NCBI GenBank assembly: GCA_036170915.1 | Contig: JAVHQC010000035.1 | Location: forward strand, 160,001 to 224,000 | Length of the DNA stretch: 64,000 bases | Source of the DNA: Cyanobacteria bacterium auto_48_18 | GTDB taxonomy: Bacteria; Cyanobacteriota; Vampirovibrionia; Obscuribacterales; Obscuribacteraceae | Reading direction: 5' to 3' | Part shown: one piece after another, positions 19,676 through 30,319 of the stretch | Layout: every line of letters begins with the position of its first letter | How positions within the stretch are numbered: the stretch's first letter is position 1 | Notes under the pieces: model-generated | What the model saw: only the letters and a program-made list of their open reading frames with translations | Told to the model about the DNA's origin: nothing | The model's database searches: none | Program-made: the position numbers and the translations under genes

Positions 19676-20266
19676 ATGACCGAGTCGTTGAAAATGACCA
19701 GGCTAATTTGCAGAGGGCTAACATTTGCTCTGGTATCATCCTTGATATCAATGCAATTGCTGACAAGTCCGGCTGCCATAGCCAGTTACGATGACATCGT
19801 CGTAGATACTTCTGAGATCGGACGTTCTCACCATGGTGTTGTAAGCTCCGATCAATTCCTTGAACTGGGAGTGCCTTCAGCAAATGGATTGCGCATTGAA
19901 GGCGAACAGGCCATGCGTTTGGGAAAATTAGACCGCGCCATTATGGTACTGCAGCGCTCGATTGAGCTAGCACCGATGGACATGGACGGACGCATTCTCT
20001 ATGCAGAGGCACTGGAGAAAAAGCTGATACGCTCTAAGCCTCGTGACCCGGCTCTCTATAATTACGTGGTCAAGCAATGGCTATTTGTGGCCAAGAGCGC
20101 TGAGTTTGCAGATCAAGGCATGCAGGGCTTTAACCACTTAATGAAAGTTTGCGGCACAGTACCGAAGAAATGGGAAAAAGAGAAAAAATTCCTTTCCCGT
20201 GTACTTATTCCTGAAGATGGTTCTGCACCAGTACAACTGGGTCGTCGCAACGTTACAGCTCTTTAG
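19676..20266 (+). CDS. Exported TPR-like hypothetical protein
   Basis: Signal-like N-terminus; G.LDRAI..LQRSIELAP TPR-like helix pair; AAGGAG RBS. Confidence 0.7.
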   Translation: MTESLKMTRLICRGLTFALVSSLISMQLLTSPAAIASYDDIVVDTSEIGRSHHGVVSSDQFLELGVPSANGLRIEGEQAMRLGKLDRAIMVLQRSIELAPMDMDGRILYAEALEKKLIRSKPRDPALYNYVVKQWLFVAKSAEFADQGMQGFNHLMKVCGTVPKKWEKEKKFLSRVLIPEDGSAPVQLGRRNVTAL

Positions 20267-20684
20267 TCTGCTTTTGAGATTTTATGCTTGATTGTCCAAG
20301 TTTGATCAAATCGATCAAGCATGCAACTGCACCCCAGATAACTGCTATCAGGCTTATGCTAAGCCAGGCCCAGGGGGAGTGCATGCTAACTAAATGATCC
20401 TTCATCGCCAGAACCTGACCGACAAATTTGTCGCTTTCCAGATTGATCAATATCAATAGAAAAAAACCAATCAAACCGTTGAATATGCCAAACAGCAAGG
20501 TCAGCCAAGACAGCCGCCAGAGCATCAATAATGGGAAAAAGCCAAGCAATAAAAGTGTGTCAGGCAGCCATATATCTTTACTGCCACCTGGTATTTGAAA
20601 GGCGAGAACAAGGCTTAAAACCCAGAGCAATGTCGACAAGATAGTTGCGACCCAACCGGCTCTTGATCGCTCTTTCAGTTTCAT
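20253..20684 (-). CDS. Hypothetical integral membrane protein (about 4 TM)
   Basis: Hydrophobic ORF; ATG at 20684 directly after upstream gene stop. Confidence 0.7.
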   Translation of the reverse strand: MKLKERSRAGWVATILSTLLWVLSLVLAFQIPGGSKDIWLPDTLLLLGFFPLLMLWRLSWLTLLFGIFNGLIGFFLLILINLESDKFVGQVLAMKDHLVSMHSPWAWLSISLIAVIWGAVACLIDLIKLGQSSIKSQKQTKEL

Positions 20685-20685
20685 T

Positions 20686-21900
20686 TCATTCACCCGAAAG
20701 AGTAAGGCGCACAGCGTCAATAACTTTAGCCATTTCTTGAGGAACATCTGCAGCACTGGAACATGATTGCACTACTTGATGAGCAAAAGCAATTTTGTCA
20801 AAATCACCCAGCCCGCGATCTCTAAAAATTTTGTTCAAAGCTGCTTTGCGACGCCCAATATCAGGAATATCAAACTCAGAGCTGGCCAGCGTTTGGCCAA
20901 ACTTGCTCAGTTGTTCGGATAAAAGAAAATAGAGTTGGTCCGGAGGATAACTATCCTCCAGCTCTATCACCGCCAGTGATACCAGCCGGTCACCGTTACG
21001 CAACGAATCATCAATTAACTCAGCGGCATCGGCAGCATCGCCGTCGAGCACGCAAACAACCGGCAAGCGTACAGTGTCTTTGATGGTCAGATAGCGCCGC
21101 GCCACTTGCTTCGCACCGCCACTGGCAATCACTTCCACGCCATTTAAACTAAAGGGTAAGCCCTGCAAACCAGCAAAGTGCGGTAGTACAATAGCCTCGG
21201 TCTGACCTTCCACCAGCAGCAAAAGATTTGGCCTGAGTTTACCGGCCAATTGACTAGCGCATTGCCAAACCAAGTTGGACAGCGCCTCTACATCTAAGTT
21301 TTGAATCGGTCCGTTTTTTGAAATTTGTGCTTTTAGTTCAACAAAAATGTCCTGCACTAAAAGTACACGCTCCAGGTCTTCTGCTTTCTCGCGAGCGTTT
21401 AAAGTTGAAAGCTCGTTGAATTGCCAGTCTACCGATGCTAGAAGGCAGATGGTAAGCCAGGCTTTAGCAGCTGCAGAATTTGAGTCGGTCAGATTGTTTA
21501 TTAAAGCCTGCATTTTCTCACTTAGCTGAGGCTTGGCTTTTTCTGCCAAAGTGATTTGCCGCTGATGCCACTGCTGATACCAGCTATTTAAGGCAGTCTC
21601 GCTAAAAACTCGCAGGTCATCGAGGCCAATTGCCAGACTGAGCACTTCTGAGAGACTCGGTTCTTCGTGCACATGAGGTCCGAAAATTTGTCCGAAAGTT
21701 TGTGCCAGAACAAAATAATCGTTCTCTAAAACTCGCAATAGTGGCTTAGCTTCTAAATTTTTCCCTAGATACTTCACCACTGTTTTGCGCATACGGGCAA
21801 AGCGGCTCGCCGGTTCTTCAAAAGCAAGCTGACGCAGCGCGGCAACGAACAATTCACTCACATCCGGCGTACGAAAAACTAATTGCGGCGAGCGCGACAA
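20686..21900 (-). CDS. OLD-family TOPRIM nuclease domain protein without evident ATPase
   Basis: LLLVEGQTE, GG.K, VLDGD, ELED, FDK..FA TOPRIM-OLD pattern in the C-terminal half. Confidence 0.75.
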   Translation of the reverse strand: MSRSPQLVFRTPDVSELFVAALRQLAFEEPASRFARMRKTVVKYLGKNLEAKPLLRVLENDYFVLAQTFGQIFGPHVHEEPSLSEVLSLAIGLDDLRVFSETALNSWYQQWHQRQITLAEKAKPQLSEKMQALINNLTDSNSAAAKAWLTICLLASVDWQFNELSTLNAREKAEDLERVLLVQDIFVELKAQISKNGPIQNLDVEALSNLVWQCASQLAGKLRPNLLLLVEGQTEAIVLPHFAGLQGLPFSLNGVEVIASGGAKQVARRYLTIKDTVRLPVVCVLDGDAADAAELIDDSLRNGDRLVSLAVIELEDSYPPDQLYFLLSEQLSKFGQTLASSEFDIPDIGRRKAALNKIFRDRGLGDFDKIAFAHQVVQSCSSAADVPQEMAKVIDAVRLTLSGE

Positions 21901-22007
21901 ACTTCGTAACTACCCCTTGGCTAAACCATACTGAGCATATAGTCTAGTAAGTTCGCTCAATGCAAGCAAGCAACAGGTTGTTTTTGGGCCATCCCAAGGT
22001 CAAGCCT

Positions 22008-23420
22008 ATGTCTTCCACCGAAAGCGAGCATGAGCTCAACGACGCTCACAGCTTAGACGATCGGCTCGTCAGCGGGTCTACCTGGGCTGCCATATGGCAC
22101 ATGAGCTGGCCGATGCTGATTCAAATGCTCGTCATCGCTCTGGCCAGCTTTGTCGACATCAAAGTGGCTGGAGAATTAGGCTCAGAGACCCAGGCAGCTT
22201 TAGGCATCTGCAATCAGATCTGGTTTTTGATGTTGCTTTTAACAGTGGCATTATCATCGGGCACCATGGCGCTAATCAGCCGCTTCTGGGGAGCACGAGA
22301 TTATAAACAAGCTGTGGAAGCAGGCAGACAGTCACTAATTTTCTGCATACTTTTCGGCATTGGTTCAACCCTTGCCGGTTTTGCAGCAGCCAAACCACTT
22401 TTGGCCATGGCCGGCGCCAATGCCAATGTGCAATCACTGGGATGGCAATATCTTTCTATCGATCTGCTTTCGCAGTTGCCTTTCACCATTGTCTGGACAG
22501 CGCATTCAATGTTTCGCGCCATGGGCAATTCGCGCGTGCCGCTGGTTAACTGGTTATTCATGACTGTGGTAATCATCAGTCTGGATTATTTTCTTTGTTT
22601 AGGCCCGCTTCAGTTGGGTGTGGCCGGCATCGGCTGGGCCTGGCTGGTAGGCGGAGTGATTGGCATGAGCCTCAATATTTATTTGTTGTCCCGGTCTGAA
22701 CTGGCAGCTTCGCTCAATTTGTGGCCGGCTATCAAAGCGGGTCTTACACCAGAAACAAAAGAATGGGTCTGGCGCATTCTCAGAATCGGCATTCCCACCT
22801 GCATTCAAGATTTAGCCTGGGTGCTCGGTAATTTCGCTCTCTTCCTCATTTTTGCTATGACCAAAAACCCCACTGCCTGTCAGGCTTCGTGGACAATCGG
22901 CTTTAGAGTGGAAGAAATGATTTGCACGTTGCCCTTGCATGCTCTGGCAACCTCAATCGGCACAATCGTAGGCCAAAATTTGGGCGCAGGAAAACCAGAC
23001 AGGGCCGAACAAACAGGCTGGCAGGCCATGAAAATCGGTCTGGCAATTTGCATTCCCATGGCGCTAATTATGTTTTTGTTTGCCACGCCGCTGGCTGCCA
23101 CCATGAGCAAAGACGCCAGCGTAATTGTCTACACCGCCGACTATTTTCGCATCATTGGATGCTGTGAGCCCCTGGTAGCATGCTGGATCATTCTATTTGG
23201 CGCCATGGCCGGAGCAGGGTATACAAAATGGCCCATGTGGATTGGCATAATCTGCCTCACAGTGGTGCGCCTGCCGCTGGCATACTATCTGGCTACCGTA
23301 CACGGCCTGAACATGGGCCCTTCAGGCATCTGGCTCAGCCTGGCCATATCTGCCGCGGTAATTGGTTTGCTGGCTGTCTGGCGCTTCAAAAGTGGCGTTT
23401 GGAAAAATCAGCAGGTTTAG
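22008..23420 (+). CDS. MATE family efflux transporter
   Basis: About 12 TM helices; ISRFWGA, FRAMGNSR.P, LGVAG..WA, VGQNLGAGK. Confidence 0.93.
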   Translation: MSSTESEHELNDAHSLDDRLVSGSTWAAIWHMSWPMLIQMLVIALASFVDIKVAGELGSETQAALGICNQIWFLMLLLTVALSSGTMALISRFWGARDYKQAVEAGRQSLIFCILFGIGSTLAGFAAAKPLLAMAGANANVQSLGWQYLSIDLLSQLPFTIVWTAHSMFRAMGNSRVPLVNWLFMTVVIISLDYFLCLGPLQLGVAGIGWAWLVGGVIGMSLNIYLLSRSELAASLNLWPAIKAGLTPETKEWVWRILRIGIPTCIQDLAWVLGNFALFLIFAMTKNPTACQASWTIGFRVEEMICTLPLHALATSIGTIVGQNLGAGKPDRAEQTGWQAMKIGLAICIPMALIMFLFATPLAATMSKDASVIVYTADYFRIIGCCEPLVACWIILFGAMAGAGYTKWPMWIGIICLTVVRLPLAYYLATVHGLNMGPSGIWLSLAISAAVIGLLAVWRFKSGVWKNQQV

Positions 23421-23481
23421 AATTGAACTTTTTACCTCGCGGCAACGTATACAAAAACGTGGCCTATTGTGGGGTGAAAAA

Positions 23482-24078
23482 ATGAGCGGCGTCAGATTAC
23501 AAATCAAAGAGAAATATGCAGCAGTCAACAATAAGAAGACTAGCAAGCCACAAGCTTCGACCAGTAGCCTTACGAGCCTGCTTAACTATCAGATTCCCAG
23601 GCTGAAACTTTATGTGGTGGAAGAGGGAGTTAGCCTGAAGCGACCCTATCCCAAAATCAAATCTGCTGAAGACGCCGCACTGCTTTTGAGCCCGCTACAT
23701 TTTGCCTCAGAAGAACATTTTGTCAGTTTGCACTTAAACACTAAATTTGAAGTTATTGGTTTGCACGAAGTTTCGCACGGCACTTTGTCGGCTTCTCTGG
23801 TACATCCACGTGAAGTATTCAAAGCAGCGCTGGTTGCCAATAGCTACGCTATTCTTGTTTGCCACAACCATCCATCTGGAGCCAAACTGGCACCTTCAAA
23901 AGAAGATTTTGAAACCACGAAGCAACTGCTGGCGGCTGGTAAGGTACTGGGTGTCACCGTGCTCGATCATCTAATTTTGGGCTTGCGAGCAAACATTAAT
24001 GACCATCATCAAGCCGATTCTGAGAGTTCCGAAATATTTAGTTTCAGAGAAAATCACCCTCAATTGTGGGACTGTTAG
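23482..24078 (+). CDS. radC: RadC-like JAB domain protein
   Basis: EEHF..L.LN, GTLSASLVHPREVFK, HNHPSG...PS.ED, LDHLI. Confidence 0.9.
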   Translation: MSGVRLQIKEKYAAVNNKKTSKPQASTSSLTSLLNYQIPRLKLYVVEEGVSLKRPYPKIKSAEDAALLLSPLHFASEEHFVSLHLNTKFEVIGLHEVSHGTLSASLVHPREVFKAALVANSYAILVCHNHPSGAKLAPSKEDFETTKQLLAAGKVLGVTVLDHLILGLRANINDHHQADSESSEIFSFRENHPQLWDC

Positions 24079-24141
24079 CTGATTTCCAGTATGATCACTT
24101 GAAGTAGATACTCTTTTTAGGTTGTGGGAATGCGATAATTT

Positions 24142-25365
24142 ATGGCTTTTTGCTCAAAAAGAAATACGGCTGTAGTCAAAATTGGCGATCGAGAGCTGGG
24201 TGGTGCCTGCCCTGTGCTCGTACAGTCAATGACCAATACGCCCACCGAAGACCCGCAAGCCACAGCCAATCAGGTAATTGAGCTGGCAGACGCCGGTTCT
24301 GAAATTGTGCGCATAACAGTTAATACAAAAGAAGCAGCCAGGGCTGTTCCTACTATTGTCAGCCTGCTTGAGAAAAAGGGCTATAACACCCCTTTAGTTG
24401 GCGATTTCCACTATAACGGTCACCTGCTTCTTTCTGAATTTCAAGACTGCGCTAGGCTGCTGGCAAAGTATCGAATTAATCCGGGCAATGTTGGCCGCGG
24501 CGAGAAACACGACAATAATTTTAGAGCCATGGTGGAAGCAGCAGTCAAATGGCAAAAGCCAGTGCGCATCGGCGTCAACTGGGGTTCACTTGATCAAGAA
24601 TTGCTGGCAAAAATGATGGACGAAAATGCTTTATTGCCGCAGCCAAAAGATGCCCATGAAGTTCTGATTGACGCTATTGTCGAGAGTGCACTGTCATCAG
24701 CGGCGGTGGCAGAACGCTATGGCTTAGACCGCGGGCAAATTGTCTTATCAGCTAAAGTTTCAGAAGTGGTAGACCTTGTCAGTGTCTACCGCAGACTGGC
24801 AGCCTCTTGCTCATATGCCCTGCACTTGGGGCTAACTGAAGCCGGAATGGGGATGAAAGGCATTGTTGCCTCTACAGCTGCCCTCTCGGTACTTCTGGCG
24901 GAAGGCATTGGTGATACCATCAGAGTTAGCCTGACGCCGGCCCCTGGTGCTGCTCGCGATGAAGAAGTGCGGGTCTGTCAGCAAATTTTGCAATCACTGG
25001 GTATTCGCTCCTTTAATCCACAAGTGACCGCCTGCCCTGGTTGTGGTCGCACTACCAGCACCGTTTTTCAACAGCTGGCGCAGCAAATTCAAGAGCACTT
25101 AGTCACTGAACGCGCCCGCTGGCAAGAGAAATATCCTGGTGTAGAAGATTTGAAAGTGGCGGTGATGGGCTGTATCGTCAACGGTCCAGGCGAATCGAAA
25201 CACTCAGACATAGGCATATCATTACCGGGCACTGGTGAAGAACCGCGCGCGCCTGTTTATATTGACGGGCAGCATGTCACCACCCTTGATGGCGCGAATC
25301 TGGCTCAAGACTTCATTAAACTAGTCAATGATTACGTCGAGAAGCGTTACGCCGTCAAGGTTTAA
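24142..25365 (+). CDS. ispG: (E)-4-hydroxy-3-methylbut-2-enyl-diphosphate synthase
   Basis: [47 protein letters not shown]. Confidence 0.97.
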   Translation: MAFCSKRNTAVVKIGDRELGGACPVLVQSMTNTPTEDPQATANQVIELADAGSEIVRITVNTKEAARAVPTIVSLLEKKGYNTPLVGDFHYNGHLLLSEFQDCARLLAKYRINPGNVGRGEKHDNNFRAMVEAAVKWQKPVRIGVNWGSLDQELLAKMMDENALLPQPKDAHEVLIDAIVESALSSAAVAERYGLDRGQIVLSAKVSEVVDLVSVYRRLAASCSYALHLGLTEAGMGMKGIVASTAALSVLLAEGIGDTIRVSLTPAPGAARDEEVRVCQQILQSLGIRSFNPQVTACPGCGRTTSTVFQQLAQQIQEHLVTERARWQEKYPGVEDLKVAVMGCIVNGPGESKHSDIGISLPGTGEEPRAPVYIDGQHVTTLDGANLAQDFIKLVNDYVEKRYAVKV

Positions 25366-25375
25366 AAGGCGCTGA

Positions 25376-25406
25376 TTAAGCTCTGCACTGGTTAAGCTCT
25401 GCACTG
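25376..25406. repeat. Short tandem duplication TTAAGCTCTGCACTG x2 between convergent genes
   Basis: Seen directly. Confidence 0.8.
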
Positions 25407-25409
25407 ATG

Positions 25410-26378
25410 CTAATTGGCATCAATCGAATTTTGAATGCGCGCGTTATAGGCCTTTGCACGTTCCTCTGGCGAAGTTACGGCGCCTTGGCGATTTCTATCA
25501 AACTCGTTAGCGCGGTCGTACACATCATTAACAGTGTAGGTGGACCACTGCGATACACCTTTCAAAGTTTTTTCCAGGTCTTGCTTATCGCGCGAAACTT
25601 TTGAGTGTGCTTCTGAACTGAGTTCACCATTTCCACTAATTAATAGGTTTGCTGATCCACCCATGATTCTCAACTGATCTTTGCCGTCTTCTCCCTTAAC
25701 AAGAGAGACACTATGAGACATGGTTTTTTCAACCTCAGTGATTACCCGACGAGCTGATTCAGGGTCGCTCATTAACTCCTTGGCTATGCTCGAAAGGGCT
25801 TGCCCATCACCGGTGATCATGGCGCGATTAAAGTCTCTTGTGGCTTGTGTCTCTGCAGGCGTGAGAGCACGTTCACCTTTTCTTAAAAAGGAATTCTCCA
25901 CAGAACTGTCCGCAGCTCTAAGTGCTGAATCTCGCTTCTCACTGTCAGCAATAGTTTCATTGCGTCCATCAACCTTAACCGGTCCCACTAAATCAATAAC
26001 TGTCTTTATGCCACGGTCAAACGGGCCAGTGGCAGGGTCAATAATGATTTCTTTGGGCAGACCGTCTTTGTCTCTAACTATTGAAGCCTTGCCTTCTTTT
26101 TCGAGCTTGGTCAGTGCTGAATCTAGCACTCCCTGCTCTTTTGCCAGGCTCAACGCTCCCATCATATTAGAGCGGGCACTGCCATCACCGCGTTCGACTT
26201 TGGCGGCAGCACTTTCAATATCACCTGCTCGATACTCGGCCAATTTATCTACAGAGGGTTCTTCGCGGGCCCGGTCATCCAGCCTCCCAGTTCTATAGAT
26301 ATAATTTTTAAGCTCTTTCTCATTGTCGAGCTCGGAATTATTGGTCTTGCTAGACCTGTCTGGTGCGTCTTTACCCAT
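25410..26378 (-). CDS. Hypothetical charged protein
   Basis: 322-aa ORF with GAGGG RBS; no recognised motif. Confidence 0.75.
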   Translation of the reverse strand: MGKDAPDRSSKTNNSELDNEKELKNYIYRTGRLDDRAREEPSVDKLAEYRAGDIESAAAKVERGDGSARSNMMGALSLAKEQGVLDSALTKLEKEGKASIVRDKDGLPKEIIIDPATGPFDRGIKTVIDLVGPVKVDGRNETIADSEKRDSALRAADSSVENSFLRKGERALTPAETQATRDFNRAMITGDGQALSSIAKELMSDPESARRVITEVEKTMSHSVSLVKGEDGKDQLRIMGGSANLLISGNGELSSEAHSKVSRDKQDLEKTLKGVSQWSTYTVNDVYDRANEFDRNRQGAVTSPEERAKAYNARIQNSIDAN

Positions 26379-26499
26379 GTTAAATCCCTCAATCTGACGT
26401 CATATTAAATGAGCCAAGAACTAAGCGATCCACGAGCTTAGAACTGCCTTGAAGGTTCTACCCCAAAAGGACAATTTCTAGACATTGGACGAAATAGAT

Positions 26500-27477
26500 T
26501 TAGTTATGCTCGTGTAATTTACGCACTTCGCTGGTGAGCTTTGGCACCACTTCAAGCACATCGCCGACGATACCATAATTAGCAAATTTGAAAATCGGTG
26601 CATCAGGATCCTTATTGATGGCAACGATTACTTTAGATGACGACATGCCGGCCAAATGTTGAATAGCGCCTGATATTCCGCAAGCAAAATAAAGTTGCGG
26701 GCTTACAGTTTTGCCTGTCTGACCGACTTGAAATTGGTGATCGATCCAGCCTGCGTCCACAACTGCTCGAGAAGCACCAAGAGCCGCGCCAAGAGCGTCG
26801 CAAAGTGACTGGAGCACAGGCCAGTTTTCAGGCCCTTTAATGCCGCGTCCACCAGCGACAATAATGGCCGCCTCAGATAATTCAATTTTGGCACCTTCAG
26901 ATGCATGCACAGCCACAACCTTCGCCCGTACTTTATCAGCGCTGACAGCCATATCTTCAATACTGGCGCCGCTACCGTTAGCTTCGCCCACAGCAAACAC
27001 ATTTGGTCTTAAGGTTATGAAAGCCAGAGGGGCAGTAATTTCATAGACTCCCCAGCATTTGCCGGAATACATTGGTCGCACTGGTGAAATATTGTCGCCA
27101 TCTTGTTGTAAGGCCATAACGTCTGATACGCAAGGAGCATCAAGACGGGCAGCAACCCGAGGAATAAAATCTTTGGCCATAGCAGTGTGAGCTGCAAACA
27201 CAAATCGGGGATCAACTTTCTTCACTGCTTCAGCTGTTGCTTGAGCGAAAGCTTCGGTGGAATAACTGCTGAAAGAGTCACTATCAACCACTAATACAGT
27301 GTCAGGGCCATACTTTCCCACTTCAGCTGCCAGCTCTTTTACGCCGCTGCCAACTAATAAAGCTGTGACTTTTTGACCTTGAGCTCTACGCTTGGCTTCA
27401 CTCAATGCTTCAATGGAGGCTTTTCTCAGCTGGCCATTGCGTTGTTCAACGAAAACTAAAATACCTGATTGCGACAT
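26500..27477 (-). CDS. etfA: Electron transfer flavoprotein alpha subunit
   Basis: IVAGGRG, GASRAVVDAGW, QVGQTGKTV.P.LY.ACGISGAIQHLAGM, INKDPDAPIF. Confidence 0.97.
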   Translation of the reverse strand: MSQSGILVFVEQRNGQLRKASIEALSEAKRRAQGQKVTALLVGSGVKELAAEVGKYGPDTVLVVDSDSFSSYSTEAFAQATAEAVKKVDPRFVFAAHTAMAKDFIPRVAARLDAPCVSDVMALQQDGDNISPVRPMYSGKCWGVYEITAPLAFITLRPNVFAVGEANGSGASIEDMAVSADKVRAKVVAVHASEGAKIELSEAAIIVAGGRGIKGPENWPVLQSLCDALGAALGASRAVVDAGWIDHQFQVGQTGKTVSPQLYFACGISGAIQHLAGMSSSKVIVAINKDPDAPIFKFANYGIVGDVLEVVPKLTSEVRKLHEHN

Positions 27478-27502
27478 TTCTATTCTTCCTTTTAAATGAG
27501 TC

Positions 27503-28291
27503 TTAAAGCACGTGGGCTTCGCTATGCAAAAGGCTGACCAGCTCTTTCACTTGAGCGTCCATGTCGCCTTCAATTTTGCGGCCTTGCGGGCGATCTGGTG
27601 GCAACATCATCTCTTTGATGCGCACTTTCAATTGATCTCCGCCAACCGCACCTTTGACACCAAGGGCAGTGGCATCTTTAACAGCAATCTCTTTACGACG
27701 GGCAGCCATAACCCCCTTAATTCCGGGATATCTAGGCTCATTTAAACCTTTTTGCGTGCTGATTACCGCAGGAAGTGTTCCTTCAACAGATTCATGAGCG
27801 CCTTCAATTTCACGCTCAGCTTTAAAGGTTGTGCCTTCCACTTCGAACTTGAGCACCATAGTTGTCTGTGCCCAATCAAGCAATTCTGCAAGCATAGCCG
27901 GCACTTGACTGTTGTCACCACCGGCAGCCTGGTGGCCGCATAGCACCAGATCATAGCCACCATCTTTAATGGCGGCGGCCAACACCTTGGCTGTAGAGAG
28001 AGTGTCTAAAGAAGCAAAATCAGGGTCGCTCAAGTGCACTGCCGCATCGATGCCGCGGGCTAAGCTGTCGCGCAAGACATCAGTGCATTCCGCTCCGCCT
28101 AAAGAAATCACAGTGGTATCGCCTGTGTGCTTTTCTTTCAGCTTGAGTGCTTCTTCAATAGCAAACTCATCATACGGGCTCGTTATAAAACGAACGCCGG
28201 TATAGTCGATATTTTTCTTGTCTGCAGAAATGGCAATTTTGGTTTCTGTATCAGGCACGGCTTTAACGCAAACAGCAATCTTCAAGGCCAA
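27503..28291 (-). CDS. etfB: Electron transfer flavoprotein beta subunit
   Basis: VCVK.VPD, PYDEFAIEEAL, NEPRYP; TTG start with GAGGAG RBS. Confidence 0.96.
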   Translation of the reverse strand: MALKIAVCVKAVPDTETKIAISADKKNIDYTGVRFITSPYDEFAIEEALKLKEKHTGDTTVISLGGAECTDVLRDSLARGIDAAVHLSDPDFASLDTLSTAKVLAAAIKDGGYDLVLCGHQAAGGDNSQVPAMLAELLDWAQTTMVLKFEVEGTTFKAEREIEGAHESVEGTLPAVISTQKGLNEPRYPGIKGVMAARRKEIAVKDATALGVKGAVGGDQLKVRIKEMMLPPDRPQGRKIEGDMDAQVKELVSLLHSEAHVL

Positions 28292-28391
28292 TCTCCTCAG
28301 TGCTAAAACTTGACAGGCAAGATTATACGAGCGGCCGCGCCCATAACTCGGATTATTACCAGGTTTCTTAATCAGCTGAAGACGCTAGATG

Positions 28392-29180
28392 TCACGATTC
28401 TTTTTCGGGGTCGACGGAAGGCCCATCACCAGGCGGATCAATCAGGTTATCCACAGTGCCGACGCTGTTTACTGCCGCCGGTGCCTCGCGACCACGGCCG
28501 CGCAAACCTTCGGCGGTGAGATAGCATTTTTCGTCATTGCACCAGACAATTTGATCAACCAGCTCATCCGGGTCATCAATTACAGTCAATAAATCGAGCT
28601 CATCTTCGCTCAGAAATCCTCTGGTGATAACTTCAGCCCTGAGCCAATCAAGCATAGGATTCCAGAATTTGGAGTCTACCAATATGATGGGAAAACGCTT
28701 GATTTTCTTCGTCTGTATTAAAGTGACAGTTTCAAAAAGTTCATCCAGGCTGCCAAAGCCCCCCGGCAAAATCACAAAGGCGACAGCATACTTGACAAAC
28801 ATAAGCTTGCGCAAAAAGAAATAGCGAAAGTCTAGAGATTTTGTCTGATAAGGGTTTGGACCCATTTCGCGAGAAAGGGAAATATTCAAACCCACCGAAG
28901 TGCCACCGGCAGCAAGGGCACCCTTATTACCTGCTTCCATGGCTCCAGGGCCACCACCAGTTATTACAGCAAAACCTTTTTCGGCAAGCTTCCGTCCTAT
29001 GGTTTCGCCGAGAATATAGACCGGATCATGGGGTTTGCAGCGGGCCGTGCCAAATATGGAAACGGCCGGACCAATTTGCGAAAGGTCATCAAAGCCTTCC
29101 ACCAGTTCTGCCATCATGCGAAACACACGCCAGGTATCTTTCGCCCCCATATCATCAAGAACATATTCCGAATCAGCCAC
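28392..29180 (-). CDS. LOG family (TIGR00730) nucleotide monophosphate nucleosidase
   Basis: TGGGPGAMEA.N.GA, FFLRK.MF, PGGFGSLDELFE. Confidence 0.93.
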   Translation of the reverse strand: MADSEYVLDDMGAKDTWRVFRMMAELVEGFDDLSQIGPAVSIFGTARCKPHDPVYILGETIGRKLAEKGFAVITGGGPGAMEAGNKGALAAGGTSVGLNISLSREMGPNPYQTKSLDFRYFFLRKLMFVKYAVAFVILPGGFGSLDELFETVTLIQTKKIKRFPIILVDSKFWNPMLDWLRAEVITRGFLSEDELDLLTVIDDPDELVDQIVWCNDEKCYLTAEGLRGRGREAPAAVNSVGTVDNLIDPPGDGPSVDPEKES

Positions 29181-29190
29181 TATTCACCTT

Positions 29191-30297
29191 TTACTTATTT
29201 AGTAATGCTTTTTTCTCTCTCAAATCACGCAGGAAGAAAACTTCCAGTGCGTGTTGATCTGGCATCTGACCAGTTTTTACTAACTGCTCCAGCCGGGTCA
29301 ATTCAAGGCGGCTCTTGACTAAAAGATCTGTAGAAACATGAGTTAGTTTTCTAACTTCTTTTTCCAACATGAACGGATTAGAACCCTTGAGATCAGCGGC
29401 CAGATGCTTGGCAAGATCTTGTGGCGCCAGCTCTCTGCGCTTTATACCTGGCCCGAAATTAGACTCTTTGTTGTACATTTCGCACAAGAGTTTGATTTGC
29501 ACCCACTTACTTACCATGGTCTGCATGGTGGCAATAATCTGCATCGAATTTTGATGGGCCAAAAGCTCACGTAAAGTAAGAAGTGTTTGTTTATGATTGC
29601 CCGAAAGCCAGTTGTCGGCCACGCTGAATATGCTTGAGTGGTGCGGGCTTAGCTGCCGCAGCACATTGAGACTAATAAATTTTTCCGGCAAAATATAAAC
29701 TGCCGCTTTTTCTATTTCAGAAGAAATCTGCCGCAGATTGGCTTCCAGACCTTCAATCAAATAATCAGCGGCTTCAGTTTCAATAGTGGCCTGGTGCCTT
29801 TTGGCCTCCATCTGACACCAGGTCTGAAGCTTGGGGCTGGTGCTGCCAGCCCAGACTTTTTCTCTTGGGAAAGATTCTAGTTTTGCGTGTTTTGATACCA
29901 GCTTCGAAAGACGCAAAGTGGTATCAAAATTATTGGTGCTAACAAAAATCAAATAGGTATTTGGGTGCACTGATGAAATGGCCGCTTCCAGACTATCTTC
30001 ATCAACAGCGTCTTTACTGGCTTTAGCTGAAGCCTTAGCAGCTTTCTTGGCCGAATCATCTTTACCTCCCGCTGACCGTTTTTTTGCAAACCAGTCACAG
30101 CGATCAATGATTATGAGCTTATTGCCAGGGCCAAATGGCAAAGAAGCAGCCATTTCAGCCACTGTTTGCGCCGGAGGATTATCAAGGCGAGAATAATTGA
30201 AACTGGCCCAGGCAGGGTCGAGCAAATCTGCCTTGAGTTCATCAAGCCGTCTGTAGAGCTGAAAATCTTCTTCGCCGGCCAAGATAATTACGGGCAT
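29191..30297 (-). CDS. holA: DNA polymerase III delta subunit
   Basis: MPVIILAGEEDF, W.SFNY, LPFG.G.KL, EIEK..Y pattern of cyanobacterial-type HolA. Confidence 0.85.
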   Translation of the reverse strand: MPVIILAGEEDFQLYRRLDELKADLLDPAWASFNYSRLDNPPAQTVAEMAASLPFGPGNKLIIIDRCDWFAKKRSAGGKDDSAKKAAKASAKASKDAVDEDSLEAAISSVHPNTYLIFVSTNNFDTTLRLSKLVSKHAKLESFPREKVWAGSTSPKLQTWCQMEAKRHQATIETEAADYLIEGLEANLRQISSEIEKAAVYILPEKFISLNVLRQLSPHHSSIFSVADNWLSGNHKQTLLTLRELLAHQNSMQIIATMQTMVSKWVQIKLLCEMYNKESNFGPGIKRRELAPQDLAKHLAADLKGSNPFMLEKEVRKLTHVSTDLLVKSRLELTRLEQLVKTGQMPDQHALEVFFLRDLREKKALLNK

Positions 30298-30319
30298 TTT
30301 TGCTTCTCAAATAAAATTA

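Noticed and set aside
23482..24078. radC as marker of a mobile element
   Set aside because: No integrase, transposase or att-like repeats nearby; flanked by core genes
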